Shown one piece after another: positions 1 to 10,885 of a DNA stretch of 64,000 bases (the stretch's first letter is position 1; each line of letters begins with the position of its first letter). The DNA is from Gammaproteobacteria bacterium (GTDB lineage Bacteria > Pseudomonadota > Gammaproteobacteria > Eutrophobiales > Eutrophobiaceae), in contig OZ242265.1 of the NCBI GenBank assembly GCA_965207165.1, positions 2,473,225-2,537,224 on the forward strand, in the 5' to 3' direction. The notes beneath the pieces were generated by a model, which worked only from the letters and a program-made list of their open reading frames with translations, was not told where the DNA came from and made no database searches. A program made the position numbers and the translations under genes.

Positions 1-1125
1 TTCGATGGCCGAGAGGCGATACTCAGCCCAATCGGCAGCATGGTGGGCATTTCCAACGCCACCCGCGTCGAACTCACCGGTGAGATCCAGAACATTGCCG
101 TGGGCCCGCAACTGCTGGGCAAGGTACTGGACGGGATGGGCAGGCCTATCGGTTCCCCGCCTGTCGACAGCAAGACCCGCTATCCCGTACTGGCAGACCC
201 TCCCAACCCCATGGACCGCAAGATGATCACCAGGTCTGTCACTACCGGGCTGCGCGCCATCGACGTCGGCATCACCCTGGGCGAGGGCCAGCGCATGGGT
301 ATTTTCGCAGCCGCCGGGGTGGGCAAGAGCACCTTGCTGTCCATGCTGGTGAGGAATGCGGATACCGACGTGGTTGTCCTTGCGCTGATCGGCGAGCGCG
401 GCCGCGAGGTGCGCGAGTTCATAGAAAAGGATATCGGTGAGGAAGGCCTGAAGCGCTCGGTGCTGGTGGTGGCCACGTCTGATAAAAATTCCCTGGAACG
501 GCTGAAAGCGGCGTACGTGGCTACGGCCATAGCCGAATATTTCCGCGATCAGGGCAGGCGCGTACTGCTGCTGATGGACTCCGTCACCCGTTTTGCCCGG
601 GCCCAGCGCGAGATCGGCCTGGCGGTAGGCGAACCCCCTACCCGGCGCGGCTTTCCACCTTCGGTTTTCAGCGAGCTGCCGAAACTCATGGAACGCTCCG
701 GTAATTCGGACAAGGGCTCTATCACCGCACTCTACACGGTGCTGGTGGAAGGTGACGATATGACCGAACCCGTGGCCGACGAAACCCGTTCCATACTGGA
801 CGGGCACATCATCCTGTCCCGGCAACTGGCGGAAGCCGGCCACTACCCGGCAATAGATGTGACCGCCAGCATAAGCCGTATCATGACGGCGATTACCGGC
901 GACGAGCACCAGCGCCTGAACCAGCGCCTGCGCGAACTGTTGTCGAAACGGCAGGAGATAGATTTATTGATAAAAGTGGGCGAGTACAAGCAGGGCGCCG
1001 ACAAGCTGGCCGACGAGGCCATCGCCAAGCACGACAGCCTCACGGAATTCCTGCGCCAGCGCCACGGAGAAGCGGACACCATGGAAAACGTTCTGGAACG
1101 GCTGCGCGCCATAATAGACGGCTGA
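1..1125 (+). CDS. fliI: Type III secretion ATPase of the FliI/YscN family, 5' end cut by the window edge; probably flagellar FliI
   Basis: Walker [10 protein letters not shown] is present. The protein is collinear with FliI/YscN over its whole length. At discriminating positions ([15 protein letters not shown], ASISRxMTA, LDGHIxLSR) it matches flagellar FliI rather than YscN. The reading frame is open to position 1. Confidence 0.75.
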   Translation, partial: FDGREAILSPIGSMVGISNATRVELTGEIQNIAVGPQLLGKVLDGMGRPIGSPPVDSKTRYPVLADPPNPMDRKMITRSVTTGLRAIDVGITLGEGQRMGIFAAAGVGKSTLLSMLVRNADTDVVVLALIGERGREVREFIEKDIGEEGLKRSVLVVATSDKNSLERLKAAYVATAIAEYFRDQGRRVLLLMDSVTRFARAQREIGLAVGEPPTRRGFPPSVFSELPKLMERSGNSDKGSITALYTVLVEGDDMTEPVADETRSILDGHIILSRQLAEAGHYPAIDVTASISRIMTAITGDEHQRLNQRLRELLSKRQEIDLLIKVGEYKQGADKLADEAIAKHDSLTEFLRQRHGEADTMENVLERLRAIIDG

Positions 1126-1150
1126 AACGTACAACACCGGGGGCGGCAAA

Positions 1151-1618
1151 TTGCTCGAGCAGATTTTTCAGATCAAGAAACGGCGCGAGGAGGAAGCCGT
1201 CAGGGAGGAACTGAGGGCCCGTCTCAGCCTGGAACAGGCGGCCGCCGAGTTGCGTACGGAAATACAGCGAAAAACAGACTACGAGCAGTGGTCCGGGCAG
1301 GAACGCGCGCGCCTTTATGAGAAGCTTCAACAACAGGACTCGGTGAAATATAACAACCTGATGCAATGGAACGCACAGGTTGCCGATATTAAACAGGGCC
1401 TCCTTGACATAGAAGCCAATATCATGAAGCTGGAACAGGAACGCGACAGGAGGCAGGAGGAACACAAACAGGCGGGCGAACGAAAACAGCACGCCCAGCA
1501 GCAGGTGGTAAAATTCACGGAACTGGTCGAGGAAGAACAGCACGAAGCCAGGAGGCGCCAGGAACTTATGGAAGATCGTGAGCTGGAAGATTTCCGTAGA
1601 CCCGATACCTCTTTCTGA
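1151..1618 (+). CDS. fliJ: FliJ/YscO-like coiled-coil export stalk protein (TTG start)
   Basis: A 155-aa charged coiled-coil ORF lies directly downstream of the ATPase, as fliJ follows fliI and yscO follows yscN. Size and heptad character fit; sequence similarity alone is not decisive. Confidence 0.5.
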   Translation: MLEQIFQIKKRREEEAVREELRARLSLEQAAAELRTEIQRKTDYEQWSGQERARLYEKLQQQDSVKYNNLMQWNAQVADIKQGLLDIEANIMKLEQERDRRQEEHKQAGERKQHAQQQVVKFTELVEEEQHEARRRQELMEDRELEDFRRPDTSF

Positions 1619-1675
1619 CTGCGTCCCTGACCCGCGTCACACCAGGTGATGCAGTTACCGGGTTAACCTATACTT

Positions 1676-2635
1676 ATGCCCATGCGCCAGGAAATCATTT
1701 CCGTGACCGTGCCGGAGCACCATGCCGGCAAACGGCTTGACCAGGTCCTGGCCCTGTTATGCCCACAGCATTCCCGTGCCCGCCTGCAGACGTGGATCAG
1801 GAACGGTTTTGTTACCGTGGACGGCGCTTCCCTGAAGCAGAAAGACCCAGTCCGGGGCGGGCAATCGATCGAAGTAAGGGCGCAGCTCACCAGTCACAAC
1901 GAAAAATGGACAGGACAGGATATCCCCTTGGATATCATTCACGAGGACGACGCCATTCTTGTAGTCAACAAGGCGCCGGGAATTATCGTTCACCCGGGTG
2001 CGGGTAACCCGGATCGCACCCTGGTCAATGCCTTGCTGTATTACTGCCCCGAACTTGCACAAATCCCGCGGGCAGGGATAGTACATCGCCTGGACAAGGA
2101 CACCTCCGGGATCATGGTGGTGGCAAAATCACTGCCGGCCCACACGAGACTGGTCAGGGATTTATCGGAAAGGAAAATTACCAGGGAGTACCGTGCAGTG
2201 GTACACGGCCAGCTGATCAGCGGCGGGACGATTTCCGCTGCCATTGGCAGGCACCCGACGCTACGCACGCGCATGAGCGTTACAGACCGCGGGAAAAATG
2301 CGACCACCCACTACCGGATCGTAAAAAAATTCCCCGTCTGCACGGATATCAAACTAAGCCTGGAGACGGGACGCACCCATCAGATACGGGTCCATATGGC
2401 GCACCTGGGCAACCCCGTCATCGGCGACCCCGTCTATGGAGGGAGGAAGCGCTTCCCGAAAAATGTATCGGCTACGCTCAGGGAGGCGCTTGCCGCCTTC
2501 CCCAGGCAGGCCCTGCATTCGCTGCGGCTGGAACTGCCGCACCCGGTGACCGGTAACCGTGTGGAGTGGGAAGCGCCTCTCGCCGCCGACATGGGAAATC
2601 TCCTGGCTGTCATAAGCAGTGAAACGGACGCATAA
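1676..2635 (+). CDS. rluD: 23S rRNA pseudouridine synthase RluD
   Basis: HRLDKDTSG catalytic motif, an S4-like N-terminus, and the conserved rluD-pgeF-clpB gene order. Confidence 0.85.
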   Translation: MPMRQEIISVTVPEHHAGKRLDQVLALLCPQHSRARLQTWIRNGFVTVDGASLKQKDPVRGGQSIEVRAQLTSHNEKWTGQDIPLDIIHEDDAILVVNKAPGIIVHPGAGNPDRTLVNALLYYCPELAQIPRAGIVHRLDKDTSGIMVVAKSLPAHTRLVRDLSERKITREYRAVVHGQLISGGTISAAIGRHPTLRTRMSVTDRGKNATTHYRIVKKFPVCTDIKLSLETGRTHQIRVHMAHLGNPVIGDPVYGGRKRFPKNVSATLREALAAFPRQALHSLRLELPHPVTGNRVEWEAPLAADMGNLLAVISSETDA

Positions 2636-3359
2636 GAACTGGATAGATGCGGAATGGGCGGCTCCCGCGCATGTACACGCGGGGACCACCACCCGGTCGG
2701 GCGGCGCCAGCCCTGGTCCATTCAACGGCTTCAACCTCGCCGCACATGTCGGTGACGAAGCGGAGGCCGTTGCGGAAAATCGCCTGCAACTGCGCAAGCA
2801 ATTAAACCTGCCGGGGGAACCGCTCTGGTTGAAGCAGCAGCACGGCAACAGGGTGATCAAGGCGGAAACGGAACAGCCCGGCCCTGCGGACGGTACATAT
2901 ACCGGTATGGGTGGTGTGGTGTGCGCGGTACTCACCGCCGACTGCATCCCGTTATTGCTCTGCAACCGCGACGGCACCGAGATCGCGGCCCTGCACATCG
3001 GCTGGCGCGGCCTGTGCAAGAGGATAATCCAACGCGGCCTGTCCATGTTTAACGCCGCGCCTCACGAACTGTCGGCCTGGGTCGGGCCGCATATCAGCCA
3101 GGAAAATTACGAGGTCGGCGCTGACGTGGTCTCCGCCTGCTCATCGATCTGGGCGGAAACCCGGCTTGCAATCACTCCCGGCCGCGCAGGTCATTGGCAC
3201 CTGGACCTTGGACAACTGGTCAAGACGGAGCTGCGGCAACTGGGAGTGGCAGACATATCCGGTTGCGGGCGGTGTACCTACGCCAACAAGGAAATGTTCT
3301 ATTCCTACCGCAGGGACGGTGTTACCGGGCGCATGGCAAGCCTGATCTGGATGGAGTGA
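2619..3359 (+). CDS. pgeF: Peptidoglycan editing factor PgeF / YfiH (DUF152, laccase-domain protein); GTG start that overlaps the end of rluD
   Basis: Collinear with E. coli YfiH (…NLGAHCGD…, CTYxxxxxFSYRRD, RMASLIW). Lies between rluD and clpB as in E. coli and Pseudomonas. Confidence 0.8.
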   Translation: MKRTHKNWIDAEWAAPAHVHAGTTTRSGGASPGPFNGFNLAAHVGDEAEAVAENRLQLRKQLNLPGEPLWLKQQHGNRVIKAETEQPGPADGTYTGMGGVVCAVLTADCIPLLLCNRDGTEIAALHIGWRGLCKRIIQRGLSMFNAAPHELSAWVGPHISQENYEVGADVVSACSSIWAETRLAITPGRAGHWHLDLGQLVKTELRQLGVADISGCGRCTYANKEMFYSYRRDGVTGRMASLIWME

Positions 3360-3361
3360 AT

Positions 3362-3405
3362 ATTCGGGGTCAGAGCAAATGCTCTGACCCCGAATATCCT
3401 TTTTC
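3362..3405 (+). terminator. Rho-independent terminator after pgeF
   Basis: A perfect 15-bp stem (ATTCGGGGTCAGAGC…GCTCTGACCCCGAAT) is followed by a T-rich run. Confidence 0.65.
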
Positions 3406-3413
3406 TGTCCGGC

Positions 3414-3440
3414 CTTGAATCACGGCGGGATGCCCATATT
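3414..3440 (+). promoter_or_regulatory. Sigma-32 (heat-shock) type promoter upstream of clpB
   Basis: CTTGAA, a 13-nt spacer, then CCCATATT, about 35 nt upstream of the clpB ATG. This matches the RpoH consensus CTTGAA-N13-15-CCCCATNT. Confidence 0.55.
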
Positions 3441-3475
3441 AATACAGTATAGCGAAGCTACTTTATGGAGATGTT

Positions 3476-6052
<2,577 letters not shown>

Positions 6053-6121
6053 TTTCCAGATTTTAGTTGTCAGTTGCCGGTATTTGGTATAAAGATACAC
6101 GCTGAATACTGACGACTGAAC

Positions 6122-7024
6122 TTGAATACACTCCCGCAGATATCACTCCCTCTTTTTTATGCCTTGAGCGCAGTGCTCGGGTTGCTCATCGGGAGTTTTC
6201 TTAACGTGGTTATACGGCGTCTCCCCGTCATGATCGAGACAGCATGGCGCCGGGAATGTCATGAATTTCTCGAAACCACACCTGCAGCACAACCCGGTCC
6301 GGAACCGTATAACCTGATCAGGCCCGGTTCCAGTTGTCCGCATTGCGGACACAGGATAACTCCCGTCGAGAACATTCCCGTGTTGAGTTACCTGCTGCTC
6401 AGGGGGAAATGCTCCGGCTGCAGCAACAGGATCCCGTTACGTTACCCCCTGGTCGAAACCCTTACAGCACTCCTGACGGTACTTGTCGCGGTAAACTTCG
6501 GTGTCAGTACCCAGACGGTGTTTGCCTGCCTGTTTACCTGGGCGCTTGTTTCGTTGTCCTTTATCGATATCGACCATCAACTGCTGCCGGACAGTATCAC
6601 CCTGCCGTTGCTGTGGCTGGGCCTGATTTGTAACTATTTCGGTTTATTCACTGATTTGTATTCCGCCCTGATGGGCGCCATCGCCGGTTACGGAATATTC
6701 TGGCTGATCCATGTGCTGTTCAAACTCATTGCCGGAAAGGAAGGAATGGGATTGGGAGATTTGAAACTGCTCGCCATGCTCGGGGCATGGACAGGTTGGC
6801 ACGCACTGGCATCCATTATTTTCATTTCCTCACTGCTCGGTTCGCTGGCCGGTATATACCTGGTGTTTCTGCGCAGGCGGCAACGCCTGTCCTGGCGTGG
6901 TTCAAGCCAGGAACCGGCACAGATCGCGTTCGGGCCTTTCCTTGCACTGGCAGGCTGGCTCAGCCTGGTATGGGGGTTGAACGTTTTCGATTACCTGTAC
7001 CTGCCGGGAGGGATTGTGACATGA
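6122..7024 (+). CDS. pilD: Prepilin leader peptidase / N-methyltransferase PilD (A24 family)
   Basis: A CPxCG…CxxC zinc motif, polytopic membrane topology, and collinearity with P. aeruginosa PilD. The next gene is coaE, as in Pseudomonas. The ORF tool gives a TTG start. Confidence 0.85.
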   Translation: MNTLPQISLPLFYALSAVLGLLIGSFLNVVIRRLPVMIETAWRRECHEFLETTPAAQPGPEPYNLIRPGSSCPHCGHRITPVENIPVLSYLLLRGKCSGCSNRIPLRYPLVETLTALLTVLVAVNFGVSTQTVFACLFTWALVSLSFIDIDHQLLPDSITLPLLWLGLICNYFGLFTDLYSALMGAIAGYGIFWLIHVLFKLIAGKEGMGLGDLKLLAMLGAWTGWHALASIIFISSLLGSLAGIYLVFLRRRQRLSWRGSSQEPAQIAFGPFLALAGWLSLVWGLNVFDYLYLPGGIVT

Positions 7025-7635
7025 AGCAGCCCATGCGGGTAGGATTGACCGGGGGGATAGGCAGCGGCAAAACGACAGTCAAAAATTGTTTTGACGACCT
7101 TGGCGTCCCTACGGTAGACGCAGATGAGATATCCCATGATATTACCAGGCCCGGCCTGGCAGCTTTCTACGAAGTGGTTGCCCTGTTCGGCAAAGAATGC
7201 CTGGACGAGGCAGGCAACCTGAACCGGCAATACCTGCGCGAACTGATCTTCGCCAGGCCGGCGCTGAAAAAACAACTGGAAGCCATCATCCACCCCCGTG
7301 TGCGCCGGGGAATACAGGAGTTCCTGACCCGGGTAACCTATCCTTATTGCATTATCTGCATACCCCTGTTGCTGGAAACAGGCAGGCAGGCAACCATGGA
7401 CCGGGTCCTGGTGGTCGATGCGCCCGAAGAATTACAGGTAGCGCGGGTATCCCGGCGGGACAACGCTGATGAAGAGCAGACAAGGAGTATAATCAATTCC
7501 CAGGTCAGCCGGGAGGAGAGACTGCGTTACGCGCATGATATTATTGTCAACGATGGTAATATTGACGACTTGAAAAAACAGGCCGTGAATTTACATGGCG
7601 AATATATCGAGTTATCTCTTCAGAAAAATAACTAA
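7021..7635 (+). CDS. coaE: Dephospho-CoA kinase
   Basis: An internal ATG at 7021 overlaps the pilD stop (ATGA). The P-loop is GLTGGIGSGKTT and the length of about 204 aa is typical of CoaE. Confidence 0.85.
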   Translation: MKQPMRVGLTGGIGSGKTTVKNCFDDLGVPTVDADEISHDITRPGLAAFYEVVALFGKECLDEAGNLNRQYLRELIFARPALKKQLEAIIHPRVRRGIQEFLTRVTYPYCIICIPLLLETGRQATMDRVLVVDAPEELQVARVSRRDNADEEQTRSIINSQVSREERLRYAHDIIVNDGNIDDLKKQAVNLHGEYIELSLQKNN

Positions 7636-7653
7636 TAACCTGACCTGGTAACC

Positions 7654-8424
7654 ATGGAAAATAGTCTCGTATATGAACATCCCCTGAACGAACGTATCAG
7701 GACTTTACTGAGAATAGAGAACCTGTTTCACCGCCTGGATAATTATTCGGGATCGACGGACCTGTGGGATATGCGCCTCACTATCTCCCTGCTGATCGAC
7801 CTGAATGATTTAATGAAGTGGTCCGACTGCAAAACTGACCTGGCCAAGGAACTGGAGCGGTGCCGGTCAATCCTGGGCGCGCTGGAAGGTAATCCGGGAG
7901 TGGATTCACACAAGCTCAAACAGGTCCTCAGCGACCTCAATGAAAGTCTTGAAACCATGCAGGACAATGCCTACGTACCCGGGGCAATACTGGAGAAGGA
8001 TGAGTTGATCACCTCCATCAGGCAGAAAAGCTCCGTGGCAGGCGGCGCCTGCAATTTTGACCTGCCCGTCTATCACCACTGGTTGAACAAGTCTACGCGT
8101 TTCAAGCAACAGTGCCTGCGCGAATGGCAGGAAGACATGTTAACCATCAAAAAGGGCACAAACCTGGTGCTGAACCTGATCCGGAATAACGCTATCGCGA
8201 CCAAGGAAACTGCCAAGGAGGGATTTTTTCAGCAATCCGTCGAGTCGGGCACGAAATACCAGCTGATCAGGATTGTCATTCCCAGGAACCTGAAATATTT
8301 CCCTGAAGTAAGTGGCGGGAAACACCGGGTTACGGTCCGGTTCATGGAACAGTCCGAGACCTCGAGCCGGCCGGAACAGACCGGGAATGACGTGGAATTC
8401 GAACTGCATTTCTGCATTTCCTGA
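7654..8424 (+). CDS. zapD: Cell division protein ZapD (YacF)
   Basis: N-terminal …YEHPLNERIRTLLRIE… and C-terminal …RFMxxxxE…FELxxC match E. coli ZapD. It follows coaE as in the E. coli and Pseudomonas coaE-zapD arrangement. Confidence 0.75.
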   Translation: MENSLVYEHPLNERIRTLLRIENLFHRLDNYSGSTDLWDMRLTISLLIDLNDLMKWSDCKTDLAKELERCRSILGALEGNPGVDSHKLKQVLSDLNESLETMQDNAYVPGAILEKDELITSIRQKSSVAGGACNFDLPVYHHWLNKSTRFKQQCLREWQEDMLTIKKGTNLVLNLIRNNAIATKETAKEGFFQQSVESGTKYQLIRIVIPRNLKYFPEVSGGKHRVTVRFMEQSETSSRPEQTGNDVEFELHFCIS

Positions 8425-8427
8425 CCA

Positions 8428-9441
8428 TCACCGGGACAATGCCCGGGTTATTTCCGCAACTGAACCAGGTCTGTCCCACACATCGCTGATCAGGGCAATT
8501 CCCTGGGCGCCGTGTGGCGCGGCATGCGCCAGGTCGGAGAGTCTCATCCCGCCCAGGGCATAAACCGGAACGGGTACCTGCCTGACCATATCAGAAAACC
8601 CATCCCATCCCAGGGTGTCATCCCTGTAATCTGCAGCCTGCCCCCTGGCTCCGCCGGTAGCGGCTGACCCCTTTTTTCGCACTTGGGACAAGACACAGAA
8701 ATCAACATCAATCTCCGCCGCATGCATCAACTCACGCATGTTATGGCAGGAAGCGCCAACCCAGGACCCGGACGGCAACGGCCGCCCCGTTAATCCCAGT
8801 AGACGTTCGCCGGTCAGGTGGACGCCGGCGGCGCCGGTTTCCATGGCAAACTCAGGAGTGGAATTGACTATGAGTTGCGCACCATGGCTCCTGCACGCGT
8901 CAACCATCTCCATGACTGCAGGTCTATGATTATGCGCCGATTTGCTCCTGAACTGCACCAGCTTCACGCCGGCCGCCAGGTATTGGCGTAACTCATTCAT
9001 GAAGGCTGGAGAATAACTGTCCAGGTTCGGGGTGATGAGATACACTGCCGGCAGTTTGCAGGCGGTAATAATCCCCTTGTTGGCGGCGGGGAAATCCGTT
9101 GCCGCCAGGGAAAAAATATCCACCCACTGCGTTGCCTGCCCTTCATTACCCCGCAACTGTCCAGTCCAGCCATGCACTTTCCATACGCTGAACCGTAACG
9201 GTTTGCCCGGATAATCGTAATCGAACGAGATAAGCGGTGAACAGTCCCCGGCATTAATGTTGAGTTCCTCGAATAATTCCCGCTTCAGGGCCTGAAGCAG
9301 GGTTTCGCCATCCCGGACCTTGCCGCCGGGGAATTCCCACATGCCGCCGAGATGGGAATGGCACGGGCGCCTGGCCACCAGCACCTTGTCCCCGGCGGCG
9401 TTGTAGACTACGCCCAGGGCGATATGATCTCTGGCAGGCAT
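8428..9441 (-). CDS. mutT: Fusion of a Nudix hydrolase (MutT-like 8-oxo-dGTPase) with a thiamine-phosphate-synthase-like (ThiE/TenI) domain
   Basis: The N-terminus carries the Nudix box GGxxEFPGGKVxxGETxxxALKRELFEELNI. The C-terminal ~200 aa has a ThiE-like fold (…YLITP…, VxLVQFRSK, GASCH, ALGGM). The same fusion exists in Pseudomonas PA4400. Confidence 0.75.
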   Translation of the reverse strand: MPARDHIALGVVYNAAGDKVLVARRPCHSHLGGMWEFPGGKVRDGETLLQALKRELFEELNINAGDCSPLISFDYDYPGKPLRFSVWKVHGWTGQLRGNEGQATQWVDIFSLAATDFPAANKGIITACKLPAVYLITPNLDSYSPAFMNELRQYLAAGVKLVQFRSKSAHNHRPAVMEMVDACRSHGAQLIVNSTPEFAMETGAAGVHLTGERLLGLTGRPLPSGSWVGASCHNMRELMHAAEIDVDFCVLSQVRKKGSAATGGARGQAADYRDDTLGWDGFSDMVRQVPVPVYALGGMRLSDLAHAAPHGAQGIALISDVWDRPGSVAEITRALSR

Positions 9442-9447
9442 GGGGTT

Positions 9448-9605
9448 AATAATTACGAATTACGAATTAGGAATTAGGAATTAGGAATTAGGAATGAATG
9501 TGCTGCGTTGGGCGGCAGTTTTTCGCACACAAGAACAAACCGTACAAGGACATAACACCCCCAATTCGTAATTCCTAATTCGTAATTCGTAATTGATTTC
9601 TAATT
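9448..9605. repeat. Palindromic intergenic element whose ~30-bp arms are tandem 7-mers (AATTACG/AATTAGG)x6, flanking a ~70-nt loop
   Basis: Left arm aattacgaattacgaattaggaattaggaattaggaattagg. The right arm is its near-perfect reverse complement (ccaattcgtaattcctaattcgtaattcgtaatt). It lies between the argJ stop and the mutT-thiE start. Confidence 0.6.
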
Positions 9606-9610
9606 GTCCG

Positions 9611-10828
9611 TCAGGACCTGTATTCGGCGTTAATCGTGACGTAATCATGGGACAGGTCGCAGGTCCAGTAGCAGGCGCTTGCAGTTCCCTGGTTCAGGTC
9701 GATGCGTATCTCGATTTCATCATCCTGCATCGCGGCTGTTCCCCGTTCTTCGGTATAGTCTTTTGCCCTGGCGCCGTTTTCAACGATACAAACCTCGTTC
9801 AGGTGCACGGAAATCCTGCCTATATCCAGGTCCACGCCCTTGCTTCTCCCGATTGCTGCCAATATTCTGCCCCAATTGGGGTCGGACGCATATAATGCAG
9901 TCTTGACCAGCGGAGACGTGGCCACCGCGTCGGCTACAGCAGTACATTCTGTTTCACTCCGGGCGTTATCGACCCGGACAGTCACAAATTTCGTGGCGCC
10001 CTCGCCATCCCTGACAATCTCCTGGGCCAGACGGGTACATAGTTCCGTTATCAGGGCTTCCAGACGGTCGTACACCGGGCCGGCTTCACCAACCATCCTG
10101 CCGGCGCTATTTTTGCCGGTGGCGACCAGGACGCAGGCATCGTTGGTGGAGGTATCGCCGTCAACACAGATCCTGTTGAACGATTCATCAACAGCGGTTT
10201 TCAGTATGCGGTCCAGGGCGCCCCGGGATACGTTGGCATCGGTGGCGATAAAGGCAAGCATAGTGGCCATGTCCGGTTTAATCATGCCGGCGCCCTTCGC
10301 TATGCCGGTTACGGCAAACGCTTCGGGACCAACACCCGTTGCGGTACTGCCTTTCAGCCGCGTATCGGTGGTCATGATGGCCCGCGCACAATCGGGCCAG
10401 GCGTCATCCGTCAACCTGTCGAACAGTTTGGGCAAGGTACGACATATCTTATCGACCGGCAGGTATTCCCCGATTACCCCGGTGGAAAACGGTAATACGG
10501 CATCCGCTGCGTACCCGGCCAGGCCGGCCAGGGCCTCGCAGACCCGGGTTGCATCGTTGATGCCCTGCGCACCTGTCCCTGCATTGGCATTGCCGGCGTT
10601 GACAAGCAGATATTTCACGGGACCATGCTGCAGGTGCTTCCTGGCGACGGCAACCGGCGCCGCGCAAAACCGGTTGCGGGTAAAGACTGCGCTGACTCTG
10701 GCGCCGTCGCAGATCTCGAACAAGGCCAGGTCGTCCCTGGCCGCGCCATATAGCCCTGCCGAGCAGGCAGCAAGCCTGATGCCGTCAACAGGCGAGAGAT
10801 CTGTGGAATGTGTTAATCCGGCTGCCAT
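9611..10828 (-). CDS. argJ: Bifunctional glutamate N-acetyltransferase / amino-acid acetyltransferase ArgJ
   Basis: ATML autoprocessing motif (…ATMLAFIATDA…), 405 aa, collinear with ArgJ. Confidence 0.9.
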   Translation of the reverse strand: MAAGLTHSTDLSPVDGIRLAACSAGLYGAARDDLALFEICDGARVSAVFTRNRFCAAPVAVARKHLQHGPVKYLLVNAGNANAGTGAQGINDATRVCEALAGLAGYAADAVLPFSTGVIGEYLPVDKICRTLPKLFDRLTDDAWPDCARAIMTTDTRLKGSTATGVGPEAFAVTGIAKGAGMIKPDMATMLAFIATDANVSRGALDRILKTAVDESFNRICVDGDTSTNDACVLVATGKNSAGRMVGEAGPVYDRLEALITELCTRLAQEIVRDGEGATKFVTVRVDNARSETECTAVADAVATSPLVKTALYASDPNWGRILAAIGRSKGVDLDIGRISVHLNEVCIVENGARAKDYTEERGTAAMQDDEIEIRIDLNQGTASACYWTCDLSHDYVTINAEYRS

Positions 10829-10885
10829 GTTTTAACCATGGAGATCACGTTGATTTCATCCATGGCCGCTATGACGAACTTGTCG

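Noticed and set aside
1..1125. Calling the first gene the injectisome ATPase SctN belonging to the downstream island
   Set aside because: Residues that discriminate FliI from YscN favour flagellar FliI. The island's other components are almost identical to Yersinia Ysc proteins, so a YscN-like ATPase would be expected to match equally well, and it does not. The question is kept as a finding to test rather than asserted either way.
2354..3046. Numerous long antisense or overlapping ORFs (for example 2354-3046 minus, 3985-4521 minus, 4735-5388 minus, 5339-6100 minus, 9840-10835 plus, 11906-12901 plus, 26075-26989 plus, 27352-28116 plus, 50807-51448 minus)
   Set aside because: They lie wholly inside strongly supported conserved genes (rluD/pgeF, clpB, argJ, secA, mraY, murF, the translocator-like gene) on the opposite strand or in another frame. 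They arise from high GC content and are not independent genes.
9448..9605. A CRISPR array, considered because of the tandem short repeats
   Set aside because: The repeat unit is only 7 bp with no spacers, and the two halves are inverted repeats forming a hairpin. It is not a CRISPR.
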